A DNA stretch of 64,000 bases from Trueperaceae bacterium (GCA_034520945.1 JAXHNB010000005.1:480001-544000); one strand, 5' to 3'. Positions 35,027 to 45,693 are shown, numbered from the stretch's first letter. Numbers and translations are program-made. The notes: generated by a model from the sequence alone, not told the origin.

Positions 35027-36150
35027 TCACCGCCTGAGATCCATATTCAAGAGTTGCGAGGTGTCGCCCCGGCTGAACTCGGCGGCCTGGCCGCGGAGAT
35101 CGGTGAGGACGATGTCCGTGTCGGGGAGCGACTGTCCGAGGGCCAGCACGACCGGGCCGGACTCGTCGGCCATGCGGAACACGCCCACGCCGACGGAGCC
35201 GACCACGGAGCCGGTGAAGGTCACGTCGTTGTCGCGAAGGTAGCGACTGAGCGGGTCGGTGCCGGCCACCATCGGCCCATCCGGGACGCCGGTCTCGGCC
35301 ACGGCGCCCGGCGCCAGCGGGGCCGGGTCGCCCTCCGCGTCCGGAAGTTGACCGCCGAGAGGCGCGAGGGCGGGGGTGCCCGGTTCCGTGTCGGGTACGC
35401 GCACGTCGATGCGGTCGCGGGCCGGAACCGGCGTCCTGTCCTGCTCGGGGGCGCGTCGGCCCTGCAGCAGGGTGGGCGCCACGGGCAGGGTGCCGCGGGG
35501 CAGGGCGCGCGGCAGGGCCCGCGGCGACGACGCGGTGCGGGGAGCCAGCGCCTGCGGGGCCGGCGGGGTGGGGGGCGGGGCCGCCTGGGCGGGCTCGACC
35601 TCCGGCGCGTCGGGCACCTCGACCTCCTGCACCTCCGGCGAGGCGGGCGGCGCGTCCGCTTCGGGCGCGTCGGCGGCCTCCACCCGGATGGGGGAGAACG
35701 GGTTCAGGCTGACCTGGACCTCGGAGCCCGGCCGTGCCCCTTCGGCCGCCGCAGCCTCTTCCGCCGCGGCCGCCTCGTCCTCGGCGGGGGGCCCGGTGAC
35801 CAGGAACGGCAGCTCGGCCACCTCCACGTCGCGGCCGACCACGTCCTCCCCGCCCGCCACGACGGTGGGCGGTTCCCCGTCCGCGGGCGCCTCGCCCTCG
35901 GCGGCGGCCGCCTGGGCGTCCTGTGGGTCCTGTGCGTCCGCGTCGCCGGGCGGCACCTCCGCGTCGGCGTCGGCGAGGCATCGGCATCGGCCTGGGCGCC
36001 CGCGTCGGCGTCGGCGGGATCGTCCGGGGTCTGCTGCGTGATCACGCCGGGCGTCTCCGTCGTGGTGGCGAAGAAGTTGATCCACACGAACGCAGCGGCG
36101 GCGACGAGCAACAGGGCGATCAGGATGCGCGCGGTGCGCGAGAGGGTCAT
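35027..36150 (-). CDS. pilW: Thermus-type PilW (TM anchor plus Pro/Ala/acidic linker), 1-nt frameshift near 35976
   Basis: Lies between pilO and pilQ. The N-terminal TM segment (ORF 35704-36150) and C-terminal domain (ORF 35027-36085) are in different frames. Confidence 0.65.
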
Positions 36151-36740
36151 GGCAGGCCCTCCGGGTCGCCGGGATCGTCGCCGGTGAACACGTACACGGT
36201 GAAGCCGAAATTGGCGTTCAGGGTGGGGTCGTCGATCAGTTCGGAGGTGGACAGCGACACCTGCGAGATGCGCGTGAAGCGCTGCAGGTTCTCGAGGGTG
36301 CCGAGGAACGACATCGTCTCACCGAAGGTGCCGACGGTCGCGATCTGGAACCCGATGGGGCGGACGTCCTGGATGTCGCCCTGCCCGCCGCCGCGCCCGA
36401 TCTGGTTCACCTGCACGCCGGCGTCGGCGGCGGAGCCGCGGAGCTCCTCGATCAGGTCCGCGACCTCGCTCTCGGTGGGAAGCTCCGACAGGAAGGCGCG
36501 GCGGTCCTGTTCGAGCTCCGCCACCGCCAGGCGCAGGTCGGGAAGGTTGCGGCGCGCGGCCTCGCCCCGCTCGATCTGGACGTCCAGGCGCGCGATCTCG
36601 TCCTCGAGTGCGGTGATGCGTTCCTGCGAGGGTCGGTACATGAACCAGTACCACGCGGCCGCGAGGACGATGGACAACACGATGAAGATCAGGGCCCAGT
36701 CGCGTTGCCGCAGGCGGCCCAGACCGAGGCGTGGGCTCAT
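36147..36740 (-). CDS. pilO: Type IV pilus assembly protein PilO
   Basis: TM helix, coiled coil, ELPTESEV and GTFGETMSFLGTLENLQRF; gene order. Confidence 0.85.
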   Translation of the reverse strand: MSPRLGLGRLRQRDWALIFIVLSIVLAAAWYWFMYRPSQERITALEDEIARLDVQIERGEAARRNLPDLRLAVAELEQDRRAFLSELPTESEVADLIEELRGSAADAGVQVNQIGRGGGQGDIQDVRPIGFQIATVGTFGETMSFLGTLENLQRFTRISQVSLSTSELIDDPTLNANFGFTVYVFTGDDPGDPEGLP

Positions 36741-37384
36741 TCGCCGTCCCCCCCTTCGTCTTCGTCCGTGGCTTCGTCTTCGTCCGTGGCGCCGACCGTG
36801 AGGCTGTAGGCGTACAGCGCCTCGTCTTCCTCGCCCTGGCGGTTGGCGTTCTGGAACAGCACCCCGAAGTCGGTGGCGTCCTCGAGGTTGCGCACGAACG
36901 ACGCCAGCACGTCGAGGTCGACCACGTTGCCGGAGATCGACATCTCGGCGATCACCTGGGCCCCTTCGTAGCGCTGAGGGTCGGAACTGGGCGGCGTGAC
37001 CGCCTGCATGTTCAGGTTGCGGAAGTCGATCGCTGGGCGGTCGCCGCCGCCCTGTGCGGGTAGCGTCTCCAGCAGTGCCACGATCTCGCCGGACCAGGCG
37101 ATGCGGTTCTCCCGCACGTCCTGGGACACCGAGATCAGCTCGTTCAACTGGCGCTGCCGTGCCTGCAGCGCCTCTTGCTCCTCCAGGAACGGTTGCAGCA
37201 GGACCAGCTGGTCCTCGCGCGACTGAACCTCCCGCTCCAGGTTGCGTTCGGTCTGCCACGCGAAGTACTGGAACGCTGTGATCACGGCCAACACCAAGAG
37301 CGGCACCAGCACCGCCAGCAGGCGCCAGTAGCCGGGCTCGCGGACGCGCCGAAGATTCTTCGGCAGCAGGTTTACGTTAATCAA
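36737..37384 (-). CDS. pilN: Type IV pilus assembly protein PilN
   Basis: N-terminal INVNLLP motif, TM helix, coiled coil. Confidence 0.9.
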   Translation of the reverse strand: MINVNLLPKNLRRVREPGYWRLLAVLVPLLVLAVITAFQYFAWQTERNLEREVQSREDQLVLLQPFLEEQEALQARQRQLNELISVSQDVRENRIAWSGEIVALLETLPAQGGGDRPAIDFRNLNMQAVTPPSSDPQRYEGAQVIAEMSISGNVVDLDVLASFVRNLEDATDFGVLFQNANRQGEEDEALYAYSLTVGATDEDEATDEDEGGDGE

Positions 37385-38564
37385 GGCCGCTCACCCCCCG
37401 AAGCGCCAACCCCAGCGGTACGCCGAACTCCGGGCCGATCTTGGCCAGGTACTGCTCGTCGAACTGCCGCTCGTCGACCGTGACCGACAACCAGGGGTCG
37501 GCCACCTCGACGCGGACGCCCAAGGCGTCGCCGATCGCGTCGGGCAGGCCGCGGAGCTTGGCGCCGCCGCCGGTCGCCAGCATGCGGGCGATGGTGGCGT
37601 CGCCGGTCTGCACCCGGAAGAACTCCAGGCTGCGGCGGATCTCCGTGGTCAGGTCCACCAGCGGCGGGCGCAGCGCCTCGTAGACGCGACTGGGACTGAA
37701 CTGCTCGCGCTTGGCGTCGAAGTTCAGCAGCTCCTCTTCGTCCTCGGTGGGGATGGTGGCGGTGCCGTAGTCCAGTTTGACCTCTTCGGCGCTGTCGAAG
37801 TCCAGCCCGAAGGCGCGCTGCAGGGCGGCGGTGAAGTCGTCGCCGGAGACCCCGACGTTGCGGTTCATCAGCACGCGCTCGCCCCGCACCAGGGTGATGG
37901 TGGTCGAGGAGGCCGCGATGTCGAGGACGACGCCGACCTCGTTGCCTTCGGTGTAGCCCTTGCCCGTCAGGGTGGTCTTGGTGAGATGCTCGCCCAGCAG
38001 GGCGCCCTTGAGGGAGCGCAGCAGGCTGAACGGCTTCACCTCGATCACGACCGGTTCCAGCCCAGCCAGTTTGAGGTACTCCACCTGTTGGGTGACCAGG
38101 TCCAGGCGCGCCGCGGCGATGACGACCTCCAACTGGCCGCCCTCCTCGACGTCCTCGGGATTGTCCAGCACGTAGTAATCCAGCACCACCTCGTCGATGG
38201 CGAAGGGGATGTAGCGTTCGGCTTCCCACTTGATGGCCTCGTCCAGCTCCTGCAGCGACATCTTGGGGACGTTGATGTTGCGGGTGATCGCCTGGCGGTT
38301 GCCGACGGCGGTCACCACGAAGCGCTTGGAGATGCCCGCCTCGTCGAACAACGCCTTGATCTCCTCGGCGAGGCCCTGGGGGTCGACCACCTGGTCCTCC
38401 TGGACCAACCCGGGCGGCATCGCCCGGACCGCCAGCGTGGCCAGGCCGGGCGGAACCCCGGCACGAAGCTCGACGACCTTGAGGTTCGCGGTGCCGACCT
38501 CGAGCCCGACCGCTTCGATTCTTGGGTTGAACAAGCGCGAGAGTCGGTCGCGCGTCGAGGCCAT
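37377..38564 (-). CDS. pilM: Type IV pilus assembly protein PilM
   Basis: VGLEVG, EAERYIPF, EIRRSLEFF, TGGGAKLRGL and GLALRG motifs; SD GGGAGGAG. Confidence 0.93.
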   Translation of the reverse strand: MASTRDRLSRLFNPRIEAVGLEVGTANLKVVELRAGVPPGLATLAVRAMPPGLVQEDQVVDPQGLAEEIKALFDEAGISKRFVVTAVGNRQAITRNINVPKMSLQELDEAIKWEAERYIPFAIDEVVLDYYVLDNPEDVEEGGQLEVVIAAARLDLVTQQVEYLKLAGLEPVVIEVKPFSLLRSLKGALLGEHLTKTTLTGKGYTEGNEVGVVLDIAASSTTITLVRGERVLMNRNVGVSGDDFTAALQRAFGLDFDSAEEVKLDYGTATIPTEDEEELLNFDAKREQFSPSRVYEALRPPLVDLTTEIRRSLEFFRVQTGDATIARMLATGGGAKLRGLPDAIGDALGVRVEVADPWLSVTVDERQFDEQYLAKIGPEFGVPLGLALRGVSGLD

Positions 38565-38661
38565 GTTGACTCCTCCCTGACGATCTCACGGGAGGCTATC
38601 ACGCGCTACGCGCGCCGTATGGTGAAAATTCCCCACCGGGAGCGCGTTCGTGGCCGACTTC

Positions 38662-40569
38662 TCAGCCGGGTTCCGGCGACGCCCCCGGCTCGCGCGGCGC
38701 CGCGGCGCCGGTCGGCCGCGGCCCCTCGGACGCCTCCGCGGCGTCCTGCGGGGGGCTCGGCGGATCCGCGACGGGCGGGGGATCCGGCAGGGCCTCGCCG
38801 CGCATCAGGGTGGCGAACTCGTCCTGGTGCAGCGTCTCGCGCACCAGCAGGACCGACACCACCTCGTCCAACGTGACGCGGTGTTCCTCCAGCATGGCGG
38901 TGACGCGGACGTACTGTCCCTCCACGATGACCTTGATCTCGTCGTCGACCAGCCGCGCGGTCTCCTCGCTGTAGGCGCGCGGCCCCTCGCTCTCGCCCAG
39001 GTAGCCCTCGCTGGACGCGGTCAGCGCCACGCGCCCCAGCCGTTCGCTCATCCCCCACCGGGTCACCATGCGGCGGGCCACGTCGGTGGCCTGCTGGAAA
39101 TCGTTCTGCGCGCCCGTGGTGACGTCGCCCAGCACCAGCTCTTCGGTGGCGCGGCCCGCCAGCGCCACGGCGACGCGGTCGAGAAGGGCCGTGCGCGACG
39201 CCGACATGCGGTCCTCCTCGGGGAACTGCATCACGTAGCCCATCGCGCTGCCGCGCGGCACGATGGTGATCTTGTGGACCGGGTCGGCGTGCTCCAGCAG
39301 GTGCGCCGCCAGGGCGTGGCCGGCCTCGTGGTAGGCGGTGACGCGTTTCTCACGGTCGCTGATCACGCGGCTGCGGCGTTCGGGGCCCATCAGCACGCGA
39401 TCGGCCGCCTCGTCGAGGTCGGGGCCGACGATCTCGCGGCGGTCGCTGCGGGCCGCCACCAACGCCGCCTCGTTCAGGAGGTTCTCCAGGTCGGCGCCGA
39501 CGAAGCCGGGCGTGCGCTGCGCGAGCTTGCGAAGGTCGACGGTGCGGGCCAGCGGCTTGCCGCGGGCGTGGATGCGCAGGATCGCCTCGCGACCGCGCAC
39601 GTCGGGCGCGTCCACGATCACCTGCCGGTCGAAGCGGCCGGGGCGCAGCAGCGCCGGGTCCAGCACGTCGGGGCGGTTGGTGGCGGCGATGATGATGATG
39701 TCGTGCTGGCGCTCGAAGCCGTCCAGCTCGACCAGCAGGGCGTTGAGGGTCTGCTCGCGTTCGTCGTTGCCGCCGTTGGGGTTGAGCCCGCGGCGCCGTC
39801 CCACGGCGTCGATCTCGTCGATGAACACGATGCACGGCGCGTTCTTCTTGGCGGTCTCGAACAGGTCCCGCACCCGCGCGGCACCGACGCCGACGAACAT
39901 CTCGACGAAGTCGGAGCCGCTGATGGAGTAGAACGGGACGCCGGCCTCGCCGGCGACGGCCTTGCCGAGGTGCGTCTTGCCGCTGCCGGGCGGGCCCACC
40001 ATCAGCACGCCGTGCGGAATGCGGGCGCCCAGCGCGTGGAACTTGCTGGGGTTCTTCAGGAACTCGACCACCTCGGTGAGGTCGGCCTTGGCCTCCTCGA
40101 CCCCCGCCACGTCCTGGAACAGCGTGCCGGAGGTCTCCTCGGTCGCCATGCGCGCGCGGCTCTTGCCGAAGTTGGTCGCGCCGTCGCCGCCGGCCCCGCG
40201 GCTACCGCGCAGCAGGAACACCAAGAAGGCCACCATCAGCACGATCGGCACCGCGTACAACGCAATGGTGCCCCAGTCGGTGCCGGGCGGCATCACCTCC
40301 ACCTCGGCACCCGAGGCCAGGAACCGATCCAGGTTCTCGGGCGGGGCCGCGACCCGCGTCCGGTAGGGCTCGCCCGCGACGGGCGTGACCTGCAGCTCGG
40401 TGCCGCGTACCACGAGCTTGCGGACGTTGCCGGCCTGAAGCTCGTGCTCGAAGGCGCTGTACGGGCGCACCTCGCCACCGCCGTCCTCCCCGTTGCGGGT
40501 GGCGAGGAACAGCACGACGGCGAATGCAGCGGCCACGACGATCGCGCCGCGGAGCGGGAACCTACCCAT
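38662..40569 (-). CDS. ftsH: ATP-dependent zinc metalloprotease FtsH
   Basis: [26 protein letters not shown] and HEAGH motifs. Confidence 0.97.
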   Translation of the reverse strand: MGRFPLRGAIVVAAAFAVVLFLATRNGEDGGGEVRPYSAFEHELQAGNVRKLVVRGTELQVTPVAGEPYRTRVAAPPENLDRFLASGAEVEVMPPGTDWGTIALYAVPIVLMVAFLVFLLRGSRGAGGDGATNFGKSRARMATEETSGTLFQDVAGVEEAKADLTEVVEFLKNPSKFHALGARIPHGVLMVGPPGSGKTHLGKAVAGEAGVPFYSISGSDFVEMFVGVGAARVRDLFETAKKNAPCIVFIDEIDAVGRRRGLNPNGGNDEREQTLNALLVELDGFERQHDIIIIAATNRPDVLDPALLRPGRFDRQVIVDAPDVRGREAILRIHARGKPLARTVDLRKLAQRTPGFVGADLENLLNEAALVAARSDRREIVGPDLDEAADRVLMGPERRSRVISDREKRVTAYHEAGHALAAHLLEHADPVHKITIVPRGSAMGYVMQFPEEDRMSASRTALLDRVAVALAGRATEELVLGDVTTGAQNDFQQATDVARRMVTRWGMSERLGRVALTASSEGYLGESEGPRAYSEETARLVDDEIKVIVEGQYVRVTAMLEEHRVTLDEVVSVLLVRETLHQDEFATLMRGEALPDPPPVADPPSPPQDAAEASEGPRPTGAAAPREPGASPEPG

Positions 40570-40626
40570 GAAACGATCTTAGCCGAGCAAGGTGAGAGGC
40601 GCCGCAGCGCCGTGAACCGCCCGGGC

Positions 40627-41964
40627 TCACGGGGTGCCGCGCGCCAGGTCGTTGAAGCGCACGTGCGCGTTGTGGAACTGCAGGTCCAGGCTGCCGACGG
40701 GGCCGTTGCGTTGCTTGCCGACCAGGATCTCGGCGATCCCCTGCTTCTCGGAGTGCGGGTCGTAGTACTCGTCTCGGTAGATGAACATTACCAGGTCGGC
40801 GTCCTGCTCGATGGCGCCGGATTCGCGCAGGTCGGAAAGCATCGGCCGCTTGTTGGGCCGCGCCTCGACCGCGCGCGACAGCTGCGACAGCACCAGCACC
40901 GGCACGTCCAACTCCCGCGCCAGCGCCTTGAGGCCCCGCGAGATGGTGCTGATCTCCTGCTGGCGGTTCTCGGCGCCGGAGCGGCCGACGTTGCCGCTGC
41001 TCATCAACTGCAGGTAGTCGACGATGATCAGCCCCAGGTCGTGCTCCGCCATCAGGCGGCGGGCGCGGCTGCGGAGCTCCATCACGTTCAGGTCGGCGTT
41101 GTCGTCGACGAAGATGCGTGCCTCGCTCATGCGGCCGGCGGTGTCGGCCAGCCGCTGGAAGTCCCGGTCGGTCAGTTGGCCGTTGCGGACGCGGCTCATG
41201 TCGACGCGGGCCTCGCTGCACAACATGCGGGTGACCAGCTGCACGCCCGACATCTCCAGGCTGAACAGGCCGACGGTGCGGTCCTCGCGCAGGGCGGCGT
41301 TCAGGGCCATGGAGAGCGCCAGGGCGGTCTTGCCCATCGACGGCCGGGCCGCCAGCACGTTGAGGCTCGAGTTCTGCAGGCCCGCCGTCATCTGGTCCAG
41401 CTCCTTGAAGCCGGTACGGAGGCCCGAGACCGGGTCGGGGTTGGTGAACAGCTCGTTGATGTGGGCGAAGGTCTCGGCGACCAGCTCGTTCATGGAGCCG
41501 AACCCGTGCCGGCGGCGCGCGGTGGACAGCTCGAAGATGGTGCGCTCGGCGGCGTCCAGCACGTCCGCCAGCGGCGAGGCCTGCTCATAGGCGGCCTGCA
41601 TGATCTCGCCGCTGGCGCTGATCAGGTCACGCAGCACGGCCTTCTCGACCACGATGCGGGCGTAGCTCTCCGCATACGCCGCGGTCGGCACGCCCTCCGC
41701 CAGGCCGATCAGGTAGGGGACGTTGCCGACGTCCTCGAGCTCGCCCGACTGCCGCAACTCCTCGGTGAGGGTGACGAGGTCCATCGGCTCACTGCGCTTG
41801 AACAGGCGCTCGATGGCCCGGAACACCTTGCGGTGCGACTCCTTGTAGAAGTGCTCGGGCCGCAGCGTGCCCTCGAGGGTGGCGTACATCTCGTTGTCCA
41901 GCAGAATGCTGCCGAGGACGCTCTGTTCGGCTTCCAGGTTCTGGGGGGGCGTGCGGCGTTCCAC
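40627..41964 (-). CDS. dnaB: Replicative DNA helicase (GTG 41964 preferred; ATG 41973 alternative)
   Basis: PPQNLEAEQSVLG, AARPSMGKT, VDYLQLM and SDLRESGAIEQDAD motifs. Confidence 0.97.
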   Translation of the reverse strand: MERRTPPQNLEAEQSVLGSILLDNEMYATLEGTLRPEHFYKESHRKVFRAIERLFKRSEPMDLVTLTEELRQSGELEDVGNVPYLIGLAEGVPTAAYAESYARIVVEKAVLRDLISASGEIMQAAYEQASPLADVLDAAERTIFELSTARRRHGFGSMNELVAETFAHINELFTNPDPVSGLRTGFKELDQMTAGLQNSSLNVLAARPSMGKTALALSMALNAALREDRTVGLFSLEMSGVQLVTRMLCSEARVDMSRVRNGQLTDRDFQRLADTAGRMSEARIFVDDNADLNVMELRSRARRLMAEHDLGLIIVDYLQLMSSGNVGRSGAENRQQEISTISRGLKALARELDVPVLVLSQLSRAVEARPNKRPMLSDLRESGAIEQDADLVMFIYRDEYYDPHSEKQGIAEILVGKQRNGPVGSLDLQFHNAHVRFNDLARGTP

Positions 41965-42045
41965 GGGGTCCATTCTACGTGCGCCCGGCCGCGGCCGGGC
42001 GCCCCGCGTCGGCGCGCGGCCGGCCGCGCCGGTACAATGGCGGCC

Positions 42046-43728
42046 ATGGAGCCGTCCTGGACCGTGCCGCTGTGGATCCTGGCCGCCTGGATGGTCGGGT
42101 CGTTGCCGTTGGGCGCGTGGTGGGTGCGGCACGCCACCGGCCTGGAACCCCGCGACGTGAACCCCCACCTGCTGGGCGTCGAGAACGTGTTCCGCCTGCT
42201 CGGCCCCCACGTCGCCGCGGTCGGATTCCTGCTGGACGTGCTGAAGGGCGCGGCGTGCGTGGCGGCGCTGCCGGCGCCGGGGGCGGCCGCGGTCGGGGTG
42301 CTGGCCGGCCACCTGTACCCCCCGCCGTGGCCGGGCGACGCGCGCGCGCCGCGCGGACGGGGAAACGGGGTTCTGGTCGGGGCGCTGGCCGCCCTCGCCC
42401 TGCGGGGCGCCGTGCCGCCCGCGGCGGTGTGGGTGGCGTCGCTGGCGTTCGCCGCCGCGCTGGCCCGCTGGCGCTACGTCACGCCGGCGACGCTGATCGG
42501 GCTGCTGCTGGCCCTGTTGGTGCCCGGCACGCCGACGCTGGTGGTCCTCGCCTGGTTAAGCCTGCTGGCGGTGCGGGGCGCCCCCGCGCTGGCCCGGATC
42601 GCGGACGGGACGGAGGCGCGGGTCGGGGCGCCGCCCGCCGTGCGCGGCCTACGACCCGGCCGGGTGCGGGCCGCCTTCATGATCCACCCCATGTCGGTGC
42701 CGGACCTGTGGCAGGCCCGCAGCCAGCGGTGGCTGTCGGGCCCGTACCGCCGCGGTTGGCTGCCCGAACCGCTGCTGCGGCGGGCGCTGCGGTGGCTGCG
42801 CCCCCAGGTGTACGGGGTGCTGCGCGGGGTTCGTCTCCCTGACGGGCGTGAACTGGAGACGGTCCTCATCGGCGGGCCGCTGCTGCCCGACCAGATCCGG
42901 AGCCACCCGGCGGAGGCCACGCAGATGGCGATCCGCGGCGCCGAGCTGGCCCGCGAGATGGGGGCGGAGGCGTTCGGGTTGGGCGCGTACTGGTCCACCG
43001 TCGGCGACAAGGGACGCGAGGTGCAAGCGGCGGTGCCGGACCTGCCGATCACGCACGGCGGGGCGTACACCGCCGCCACCGTCCGCGCGGCGATCCCGGG
43101 CCTGTTGGCGCGCTACCGGGCGCAGGGCGGCACCTTGGCGCGCACCACGGCGGCGGTGGTCGGCGCCAACGGCGTGGTGGCGTTCGGGGTCGCCCGCGCG
43201 TTGGCGCCCGAGGTGGGGTCGCTGCTGCTGATCGGCCGTGACGGCGCGCGCCTCGGGCGGAGCGCCGACACGCTGCGCCGCAAGCGCCCCGGGTTGGTCG
43301 TGGCGACCTCGACGCACATCGCCGACGTGGCCAGGGCCGACCTGGTGTTCACCGCCACCAACGAGCCCGGCCACGTGATCCGGCCCGAGCACGTGCGCCC
43401 GGGGGCCTGGATCTACGACCTGGGCCGGCCCGCCGACGTCTCACCGGCCGTGCGGGAGGTGCCGGGGGTGGAGCTGGTGCCCGGCGGCGTGGTGCGCCCG
43501 CCCGGCGCCACGCGCAGCCAGCTGGACCTGCACTTCGGCGAGGGGCTGGTGCCGGCGTGCCTGGCCGAGACGATGATCCTGGCCGCCACCGGCGCGGCGG
43601 ACCGGGCCTCCACCGGGCCCCTCACCCGCAGCGAGGACGTGGCGTGGTACCTGGCGCAGGGCGAGCGCCTGGGGTTCGAGATCGTCACCTACGACGCCCG
43701 CGTCGCGCGGGCGCCGGAGACGGCGTGA
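42046..43728 (+). CDS. Fusion: degenerate PlsY-like membrane domain + acyl-ACP-reductase-like (COG5322-type) NAD(P)-binding domain
   Basis: N-terminal GSLPLG, LLDVLKG, LAGHLYP and GTEARVG; C-terminal AFMIHP, GLGAYWSTVG, ITHGGAYT, VVGANGVVA, DLGRPADV and ACLAETMIL. Confidence 0.75.
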   Translation: MEPSWTVPLWILAAWMVGSLPLGAWWVRHATGLEPRDVNPHLLGVENVFRLLGPHVAAVGFLLDVLKGAACVAALPAPGAAAVGVLAGHLYPPPWPGDARAPRGRGNGVLVGALAALALRGAVPPAAVWVASLAFAAALARWRYVTPATLIGLLLALLVPGTPTLVVLAWLSLLAVRGAPALARIADGTEARVGAPPAVRGLRPGRVRAAFMIHPMSVPDLWQARSQRWLSGPYRRGWLPEPLLRRALRWLRPQVYGVLRGVRLPDGRELETVLIGGPLLPDQIRSHPAEATQMAIRGAELAREMGAEAFGLGAYWSTVGDKGREVQAAVPDLPITHGGAYTAATVRAAIPGLLARYRAQGGTLARTTAAVVGANGVVAFGVARALAPEVGSLLLIGRDGARLGRSADTLRRKRPGLVVATSTHIADVARADLVFTATNEPGHVIRPEHVRPGAWIYDLGRPADVSPAVREVPGVELVPGGVVRPPGATRSQLDLHFGEGLVPACLAETMILAATGAADRASTGPLTRSEDVAWYLAQGERLGFEIVTYDARVARAPETA

Positions 43729-44498
43729 AGGTGTTCCGGTTCCGCGGGGAGCTGGACGCCGACCCGCCCGAGGCGGCGGCGGTGTGGTCGGCGGGGTGCC
43801 GCGGCATGCAGCAGGACGGGCCCGACGTGTTGGCGTGGTTCGACGAGGAGGTGCCGCTGCCGGTGGCCGGGACCTGGTCGGCGGCGGACGACACCGACTG
43901 GTTGGAGGCGTACTACCGGGGCCTCGAGCCGGTCCGGTTCGACACGCTGGTGGTGGCGCCCAGCCACGCGCCGCTGACGCTACGTCCCGGACAGCGTCCC
44001 CTGTGGTTGGATCCCGGCATGGCGTTCGGGACCGGCCACCACGAGACCACCCGCATGATCCTGGCCGCATTGGACCGGACGCCGCTGGCCGGCCGGCGGG
44101 TGCTGGACGTCGGGGCGGGCTCCGGCATCCTGGCGATCGCCGCCGACCTGCTCGGCGCGGCCGAGGCGCGCGGCGTGGACAACGATCCCGGCACGGTGGC
44201 GGTCGCGCGGGAGAACGCCGCCCGGAACCGCTCGCGGGCCACGTTCGAGGCGGGCACCCTGCCGCCGGCGGGCGACGCCGCGCGGCCCGACCTGGTGGTC
44301 GCCAACCTGTTCGCCGAGCTGCACGTGCGGCTGTTGCCGGCCTACCGGGCCTCCCTCGCGCCCGGTGGGCGGCTGCTGATGAGCGGCATCCTGGCGGAGC
44401 GCGCGGCGCAGGTGCGGGCGGCGCGCCCGCCGGGCCTGCGCGCGGCGGACGCCGAAGTGGACGGGGACTGGACGATGCTGACGTGGGTACGGACGTGA
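43725..44498 (+). CDS. prmA: Ribosomal protein L11 methyltransferase
   Basis: LDPGMAFGTGHHETT, VLDVGAGSGILAI, ANL and SGIL motifs. Confidence 0.93.
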   Translation: MKVFRFRGELDADPPEAAAVWSAGCRGMQQDGPDVLAWFDEEVPLPVAGTWSAADDTDWLEAYYRGLEPVRFDTLVVAPSHAPLTLRPGQRPLWLDPGMAFGTGHHETTRMILAALDRTPLAGRRVLDVGAGSGILAIAADLLGAAEARGVDNDPGTVAVARENAARNRSRATFEAGTLPPAGDAARPDLVVANLFAELHVRLLPAYRASLAPGGRLLMSGILAERAAQVRAARPPGLRAADAEVDGDWTMLTWVRT

Positions 44499-45211
44499 GG
44501 GCGCACCGCGTGCGCGTCGCCTCGTTGCGGGAGGGCCGCGTGTGGCTGTACGGCGGCGAGGCGCACCACCTGGCCCGCGTGCTGCGCAGCCGCCCGGGCG
44601 ACGCGGTCCGCGCCTTCGATGGCGACGGCCTCGAAGCGGAGGGGCGCGTCGCCGCGGTCGCGGGCGACCGCGTCGAGCTGTGCCTGGGGGCGCCGGCGGA
44701 GGCGGAGCGAGAGGCGCCGCTGTCGTTGACGCTGGTGGTGGGCCTGCTCAAGGGCGACAAGTTGACGCAGGTGGTGCGGCAGAGCACCGAGCTGGGCGTC
44801 GACGCGGTCGTGCCGGTGGTGTCGCGCCGCGCCGACGTGCCGCGCCTGTCGCCCGGCAAGGCGGAGCGCTTGGCGCGCGTGGCGGAGCAGGCGGCCAAAC
44901 AGAGCGGGCGCGCCCGCGTCCCACGCATCGGCCCGCCCCGACCCCTGGACGAGGTCGTCTGGGAGGGGCCGGCCTGGGTGGCCGACCCGCACGGCGGCAC
45001 GCCGATCCGGGAGCGCGGCCGCCAACTGGCGGAGGCGGGCGCCGCCCACCTGACGGTGTTCACGGGGCCGGAGGGCGGGTTCACGCCCGAGGAGGTCGAG
45101 GGGCTGCGCGGGCGGGGCGCCACGCCGGTGGCGTTGGGCCCCCGCGTGCTGCGCGCCGAAACGGCGCCGGTCGCGGTGGCTGCGGCGGTGCTGACCTGGT
45201 TGGCGCCGTGA
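44495..45211 (+). CDS. rsmE: 16S rRNA m3U1498 methyltransferase
   Basis: HLARVLR, STELGV, AAKQSGR, GPEGGF and LGPRVLRAETA motifs. Confidence 0.95.
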   Translation: MRAHRVRVASLREGRVWLYGGEAHHLARVLRSRPGDAVRAFDGDGLEAEGRVAAVAGDRVELCLGAPAEAEREAPLSLTLVVGLLKGDKLTQVVRQSTELGVDAVVPVVSRRADVPRLSPGKAERLARVAEQAAKQSGRARVPRIGPPRPLDEVVWEGPAWVADPHGGTPIRERGRQLAEAGAAHLTVFTGPEGGFTPEEVEGLRGRGATPVALGPRVLRAETAPVAVAAAVLTWLAP

Positions 45212-45618
45212 CGCGCCTGCTGCTGCTCCTGCTGGCCGGGCTGGCGTTGGTGGCGGCGCCGGCCTGCCGGCCGCTGTACGTGCCGCTGGTGCCGAGTGAA
45301 ACGTCGTTGCCGCCGGTGCCGGAGCGCCTGCGGTTGTCCGAGGTGCGGGTCGAGGCGAACGACGAGGTGCCGGTGGTGACGTTCGTGCCGCAGGGCGTGA
45401 CGTCCGAGGGGTGGCTGGCGGTGCAGTGGTTCCCGCCCTCGGGCGCGTCGGTGGCGTCGGCCAGCGTGTGGTTGTCCTCAGCGAGGGCGGGGGAGACCCT
45501 CCGCGTCCCGTTCCCGGACGACGTGCCCCGCACGCGCCAGGGTCGCTGGCGGGCGGTGCTGTCGTTCGAGGCGCGCATCCTGCGTCAGGTGTCGTGGGAG
45601 GAACCGCTGGCCCCCTGA
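45208..45618 (+). CDS. Putative lipoprotein, function unknown
   Basis: Hydrophobic signal ending in a lipobox-like APA|C; GTGA coupling to rsmE. Confidence 0.6.
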   Translation: MTRLLLLLLAGLALVAAPACRPLYVPLVPSETSLPPVPERLRLSEVRVEANDEVPVVTFVPQGVTSEGWLAVQWFPPSGASVASASVWLSSARAGETLRVPFPDDVPRTRQGRWRAVLSFEARILRQVSWEEPLAP

Positions 45619-45637
45619 CGCCGCCGGGCGTCAAGCG

Positions 45638-45668
45638 AACGCCCCGGACGCGGGGCGTCCGGGGCGTT
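45638..45668. terminator. Perfect 14-bp hairpin between convergent genes (possible bidirectional terminator)
   Basis: AACGCCCCGGACGC-GGG-GCGTCCGGGGCGTT. Confidence 0.65.
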
Positions 45669-45693
45669 GGCGCACGACCGGGTTCGGCCGGGG

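Noticed and set aside
35930..36020. Short repeats as a CRISPR array or phase-variable tract
   Set aside because: They are in-frame Ala-Asp coding repeats with no repeat-spacer periodicity, and no cas genes are in the window.
40627..41964. Intein in DnaB
   Set aside because: The protein is about 445 aa with contiguous helicase motifs and no insertion.
38650..42045. 1692-aa plus-strand ORF 38650-43728 as one giant protein
   Set aside because: The first 3.4 kb is the antisense shadow of ftsH and dnaB. The real gene starts at ATG 42046 after TACAAT.
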